A DNA stretch of 63,996 nucleotides, counting the filler, from Folioceros fuciformis (lineage: Eukaryota), in NCBI GenBank assembly GCA_049999805.1. It is 4 parts of 3 records of this genome, joined end to end, with 100 filler letters (N's around TTAATTAATTAA, not from the genome) between each part and the next. Parts side by side here need not be neighbours in the genome. Positions count along the whole stretch, not along the records: positions 52,787 to 63,996 come from JBNGIO010006156.1; 3 more parts are not named here. One strand, 5' to 3'. Position 1 is the stretch's first letter. Every line of letters starts with the position of its first letter. The position numbers and the translations under genes are program-made. Of the stretch, positions 60,328 through 63,996 are shown one piece after another. The notes beneath the pieces are model-generated. The model was not told where the DNA came from. It saw nothing but the letters and a program-made list of their open reading frames with translations, and did no database searches.

Positions 60328-63300
60328 ATGGCGTCACGATTGAGCTACGCACAGCTTTTCTCCTTTTCCGTGGAGTATACTAATCCAGATGAGAAGGTGC
60401 GACAGACAACAAATCTCACATGGAGCAACCTGATGAGCATAGTCAAGGACAACGTCAGACAGGTACGGCGTGGCCAAGAAGCACCTTAGAGCACACATTA
60501 TCCAATTTTGGATCTTTAGCTCCAGCATGTTATGGCTGGATTGGCAACAGAAACCGGGGGAATGGAGAAAATGCGTTTTGGAAGTGAATTTCTCCACGGC
60601 CAACCTTTTTCTCCAGGACAAGGACAGCAACATCTCGGTAGGTGTGCGGTGATCAGGATCTTGATTGAATTTGGTGGCTGGAACTTTGATGACATACCGG
60701 AAGGCATGACGAGATTTGTCTGCGACCGGTTGCCACAGACGCACTTGTTTACCGAGTACAAGACTTTCGCGATGTCAGGGAGCCAGGATGAGGACACACT
60801 CATCACCTTGCGGTTCAGGTATGCCACCTCTTTGTCGGAAAGGAGTCTGCGGGAGATGGCCGCGGAGGATGTTGATGCTGCTTTGCAGACTCCTGGAAAT
60901 TGTAAATCGTGTCTTTAACATATTGGATGCTAGGCAGCGGAGAGAATTGGCAACTTTTGCTGCAAAATTCTTCAGAGAGGAACACGTTGCTCCATCTCTT
61001 GGAGGTAGAGTTCTTGAATAACGAACGGGGCATGATGAATCTATTGTATGGGTGTTAGAGCTTTGTGTGGATGTGTTCCTGTGGAATGAGATGTATCAGC
61101 AGAATGTGAAGGCTGACAAAGTTGCAGGTTTCCGTGGTTCAGTGTTGCAAAAAGGGTCTGTCAGCCGAGGCAGCTGCCAAAAGCGGGAAGGGCCTCAATG
61201 GGCTGGTATAGATTGCAAACCTTAACCAGGTCATCTCCCTCTCACAGCATCAAGGTCCTTGGCCGAGTGCTCGTCTCTATCAATTGCTGCACGTGGTAAC
61301 AGACCCTCGATACTGTGACAACAAGCTTCTGCTTCATTTGTCTCACTCCTGAACAGGATAAAACTGTCCTCAGAAGTGGGATGCTCATGCGTCAGGGTAT
61401 AACAGAGTATAACGCCAATGAGCGGTATCTTGTTTTGGTACCTGGAAAACTTCTGCTCTTCAAGGTGCATGTCAAGTTTGCTGACCAGCCGAACATGAGG
61501 ACAGATCTATGACGGATCTGATTTGCACGACTTCCTCGTGCTGTGCAGACTATGGACATCCAGGGAAAGCACGTGCGATTTGTCACCACTCTAGTCGGTG
61601 CAAGGGTTGAGGTTGGTTCGCAGATCGGCTCTTCCTGACTGCACAATCAAGTCGGATGCCAATAAATTGTCTGGTGGTCGTGCAGATGAAGCAGGCGCTG
61701 GAGTTTCGCATCCAGACTGCTCGAATGAAAGAGGTCATTTTCCTACCGGCAAGGCCGGTGAGCAACTCATTCCCCATGGATTTGGGGAGGGATGAATCCT
61801 CTCGTGTCGTTCTTTGCGCCATCGCGTGTTCATCGCATGATGATGCAGGAGGACATGACGGCCTGGATTGGATCTTTCGAAAAGGCTATCAGCATTGGTG
61901 ACCGGATTGTAGAAGCTAATCCTGAGCCTCCCATACTCAAGGTACTCAAAGCACAGGGTGCGCATGGCGATCCACACGAGGACCTACCAGGAGAAGCATC
62001 TAGTAGTATGATGGACATGCCTCGATCTCAGTCGGCCCCTCCACGAACACCAGTTTCAGGGAGAGACTTCGAGCAGCCCGGAGTAAGGGGGGGAGGCATG
62101 AACTTGGCAAGGAAGGAGCCACAAGTATCACCATGGAAGGTCGAGCGTACACAGCTTGACCCTGCCTATTCCAGCTTCCAATCAGCAACTGGAGGTAGGG
62201 CTCAGGCTGGCCCTTCGTTCCCCCAAGATCAGTCATATTATGACAGCAGCGGCGGGAGCAGCACAGAGAGATCCGCTCCCGCCAGAGCAGCACCAATTCC
62301 TACCAGATTCCAAACTGATCTGTCGAGGGAGAATTCTCCAAGCAGAAATCAGTACCCTGAACAGTTCGACGGCGACTTTCCGGGACAGTCGTCCTCTAGA
62401 CCCGCACCCAGAGGTCCAGACCTGGGGAGAATGGCCAGACCCTTTCCTGGAGGCACTTCCAGTCCTTACCTGGCTCGTAGGTCAATCGAGGCTAGCAGAA
62501 GCGAGTTTCTTGGAGCCGTTGAGGCAGTGGGCAGTGTAAACCCCACCCGCCGGCCATCGCGTGGAGGCTCGCTGCCCCCGCCTCCTGCAGTGTTCGGAAA
62601 TGTCCAGGCCATACACCCAGCGAGAGCGGAGCCGAGCAACCAGTACGGAGCTCAGGAGATGGCCCAGCCCCAGGACTTTTGGAATCAAAGTACCTTCCAA
62701 GGAGCAAATATATCTCAGCAGCGGCAACGACCACAATACCAGGCTGGATTTCCAGGATCCCAGAATCAAAATCAGGGGGAACACCAGCGTTGTCCCGTCA
62801 ACCCATATGGTAGTCCATCTCAAGGAGGATATCCTGGAAACGCATTCCAGGGACAGCCCTCATTCGGACCAGCTAGGGGCCAATTCCAAGGTGGACACTG
62901 CAGCTCTGGTCCTATGAGCAGCAACCCATATGCACCTGATAACATGAGAATACCATCACGGGGTGGAGTCCTGCCTCCCCCGCCTGCCATATTTGGTACC
63001 GTGCAAGCAAGCCCTCCTCCAATGGCCCGGGTTGGAGAAGAGAGGTCCAGTCGGTCCAGTAAGGTACCCAACGTGCAATCTCGAAAGTGAGCTTAGAACC
63101 TGCACTTGCTGCAGTTGCTGTAGTGATAGATCCTTATTTCCGTGCAGACACGGCGGAAGTCTTCAAAAAGTGGTAAAAAGAAGGTACACGGCGCGGCTCT
63201 CGCAGTTCTTGAACGTTGAAACATCCTCATCGAAAAAATTGAACCATACCTCACATTTTCCTGTTCAATCTCGCAGAAGTCTATGTCAGGAAGGTGAGCG

Positions 63301-63382
63301 TCGTCAAGCACTCCGCAGTTGCTTCAACTGTGAAGAGGTACGAGGGTCGGAACCGATACGCGAGGCCCTGTACACAACTTGA
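60328..63382 (+). CDS. Multi-exon protein with an unassigned (possibly DEP-like) N-terminus, a PH domain and a long P/Q/G/S-rich disordered tail; boundaries approximate
   Basis: PH signature VLRSGMLMRQG....NERYLVLVPGKLLLFK ... EVIFL..EDMTAWIGSFEKAI. 432-codon low-complexity ORF with a repeated PSRGG.LPPPPA.FG.VQA. GT-AG sites flank the segments. Confidence 0.6.
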
Positions 63383-63486
63383 CGTGGAGTAATCGCAAAT
63401 TCTGGAGCCTGGGTTCAGAGTACCTTGTTGTGCCCATGCTGTGTAAAAGCCTGATCGGCTAGCTACAGTTTTGTTCCTGGAAAGTG

Positions 63487-63996
63487 TCATATTTCCAGCA
63501 AGGAGTTGACAACCCGGAAACCGTGACCTGGTGGCAGAGGACCATTACCTGGTCGCACCAGAATCTCTGTATTGAGCCCTGCAGACGATCCGAATAAGTG
63601 AAGGTCGGTGTCGCCAGCAAAGCTGAAGCACATCACTGACAGTGTTCTGCGAATATGGCACAGCCCCAACTCAGACTCACCAGCTTGTTTCGCTGCTTCA
63701 GCTTCAGCCAAAACGTCAATGGCTAACTTGATATCAGAGGGACTATCCACACCGACCGACAGGGCAATTTCCTTGTAGCTTCGCGCTTCCCGCTTGTTCC
63801 TACGAACATAGAAAACCTCATGGTCGTCAGACCAGAAGACCAGAAACGCTCCAGCGCCAATCTCTGCATACTCGTAGCTATGCACAGATACTCTCACCCT
63901 GTAGTGGTGTCGAAGTAACCAAACAAGTATACTCGGAGATCACCGTGCTTGGTGTTGCCAAAAATTAGCCTCTGGGCTTCTCTGCTTCCACTGGAA
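63487..63996 (-). CDS. DEP1: 3' exons of enolase-phosphatase E1 domain (DEP1-type methionine salvage enzyme)
   Basis: [33 protein letters not shown] | [18 protein letters not shown]...DV..EA.AAKQAG | [19 protein letters not shown]. Confidence 0.88.

Overview
This is a compact, gene-dense nuclear region from a seed-free land plant with flagellated sperm. It has plant-type genes, the axonemal gene DRC1 and introns mostly 80-130 bp long; a hornwort or lycophyte is my inference. The window is four contigs joined by artificial N44-TTAATTAATTAA-N44 linkers (15590-15689, 37061-37160, 52687-52786), so adjacency across those joins means nothing. Bases 1-22.5 kb are mostly transposon and pseudogene sequence: a GC-rich low-complexity tract, two inverted copies of one LTR-like repeat, an AT-rich GDSL lipase gene, decayed importin-like and SET(LSMT)-like fragments, a dead Ty1/copia pol, a TORNADO1-like LRR-ROC-COR pseudogene cut by a second LTR-like element, and a non-LTR remnant. 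The rest carries a SAUL1/PUB44-type U-box/ARM E3, an IGPS-like probable pseudoenzyme, a plastid SAM methyltransferase, an AlkA glycosylase, CNX3 tightly followed by HPPK-DHPS, a CYP71-clan P450, tRNA-Gln(CTG) plus a decayed copy with a CTA anticodon, FANCL, the 5' part of PEX6, DRC1, an intronless SYP7 syntaxin, a PH-domain gene and the 3' end of DEP1. Two observations stand out. One is six copies of a structured three-way-junction RNA-like motif with covarying stems inside the LTR at 18661-19297. The other is the operon-like or nested CNX3 / HPPK-DHPS pterin gene pair with suggestive splice signals. All calls are by eye and from recalled family motifs; no searches were run.
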